From Vicugna vicugna (lineage: Eukaryota), in assembly GCA_013265495.1 (NCBI GenBank), contig MU058781.1, positions 3,783,050 through 3,847,049 of the forward strand: a DNA stretch of 64,000 nt, written 5' to 3'. A program made the translations under genes and the position numbers. The notes under the pieces were generated by a model. It saw nothing but the letters and a program-made list of their open reading frames with translations. It was not told the origin of the DNA and searched no databases. Position 1 is the stretch's first letter. Every line of letters starts with the position of its first letter. Below are positions 63,523-64,000 of the stretch, piece after piece.

Positions 63523-64000
63523 CCTTGACAAGGGAGCCAAAACCACTCAATGGGGAAAGGATAGGCTCGTCAATAAATGATGGTGGTAAAACTGGATGTC
63601 CACATGCAAAAGAATGAAACTGGACCCCTATTTTACACGACTCACAAAAATTAACTAAAAATGATATAAGGGCTTAAATGTAAGACCCAAAACCATAAAA
63701 CTCCTGAAAGATAGCATAAGGAAAAAGCTCCTTGACATCAGACTTGGCAATAATTTTTTGAATGTAACACCCAAAGCACAAGCAACAAAAGCAAACATAG
63801 ACAAATGGGACTATGTCAAACTCAAAAGCTTCTGCATAGCAAAAGAAACTATCAACAAAATGAAAAAAAAAGCAACCTATGAAATGGGAGAAAATATTTG
63901 CAAAGCATCTATCTCACAATGAGTTGAGAACCAAAATATATAAAGGAATTCATGTGACTTGGTAGCAAAAACCCAAATAGTTCAATCAAAGAATGGACAA
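63523..64000 (+). mobile_element. L1 ORF2 C-terminal region, decayed, running off the window end
   Basis: FDKGAK / NKW.W.NW / CKRMKLDP / IDKWD.KLKSFC-type ORF2 motifs with in-frame stops. Confidence 0.9.

Overview
Mammalian genomic DNA, most likely a camelid (camel, llama or alpaca), inferred from four copies of a tRNA-derived SINE that resembles the camelid Vic-1 family. The only protein-coding gene I can support is a complete, intact MCUR1 (CCDC90A, mitochondrial calcium uniporter regulator 1) on the minus strand. It has 9 coding exons from ATG 46662 to TAA 27491, 1071 nt (356 aa plus stop), all introns GT-AG and all phases consistent. Its CpG-island promoter carries a 15-bp GC-box tandem array. 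A second, orphan CpG-rich promoter-like segment lies at ~59.4-59.8 kb. The rest is intronic or intergenic DNA full of old interspersed repeats (L1, L2, MIR, MLT1/ERV LTRs, DNA transposon fossils) and microsatellites; repeat family names come from recalled consensus motifs, not a database search. I found no convincing new multi-gene system. The best second-look items are a promoter VNTR in frame with MCUR1, a short uORF, an AATAAA overlapping the stop codon, a CpG-dense exon 8, an LTR flanked by a 45-bp duplication, an unidentified ~725-bp insert splitting an L1, and two mutually exclusive 12-bp hairpins.
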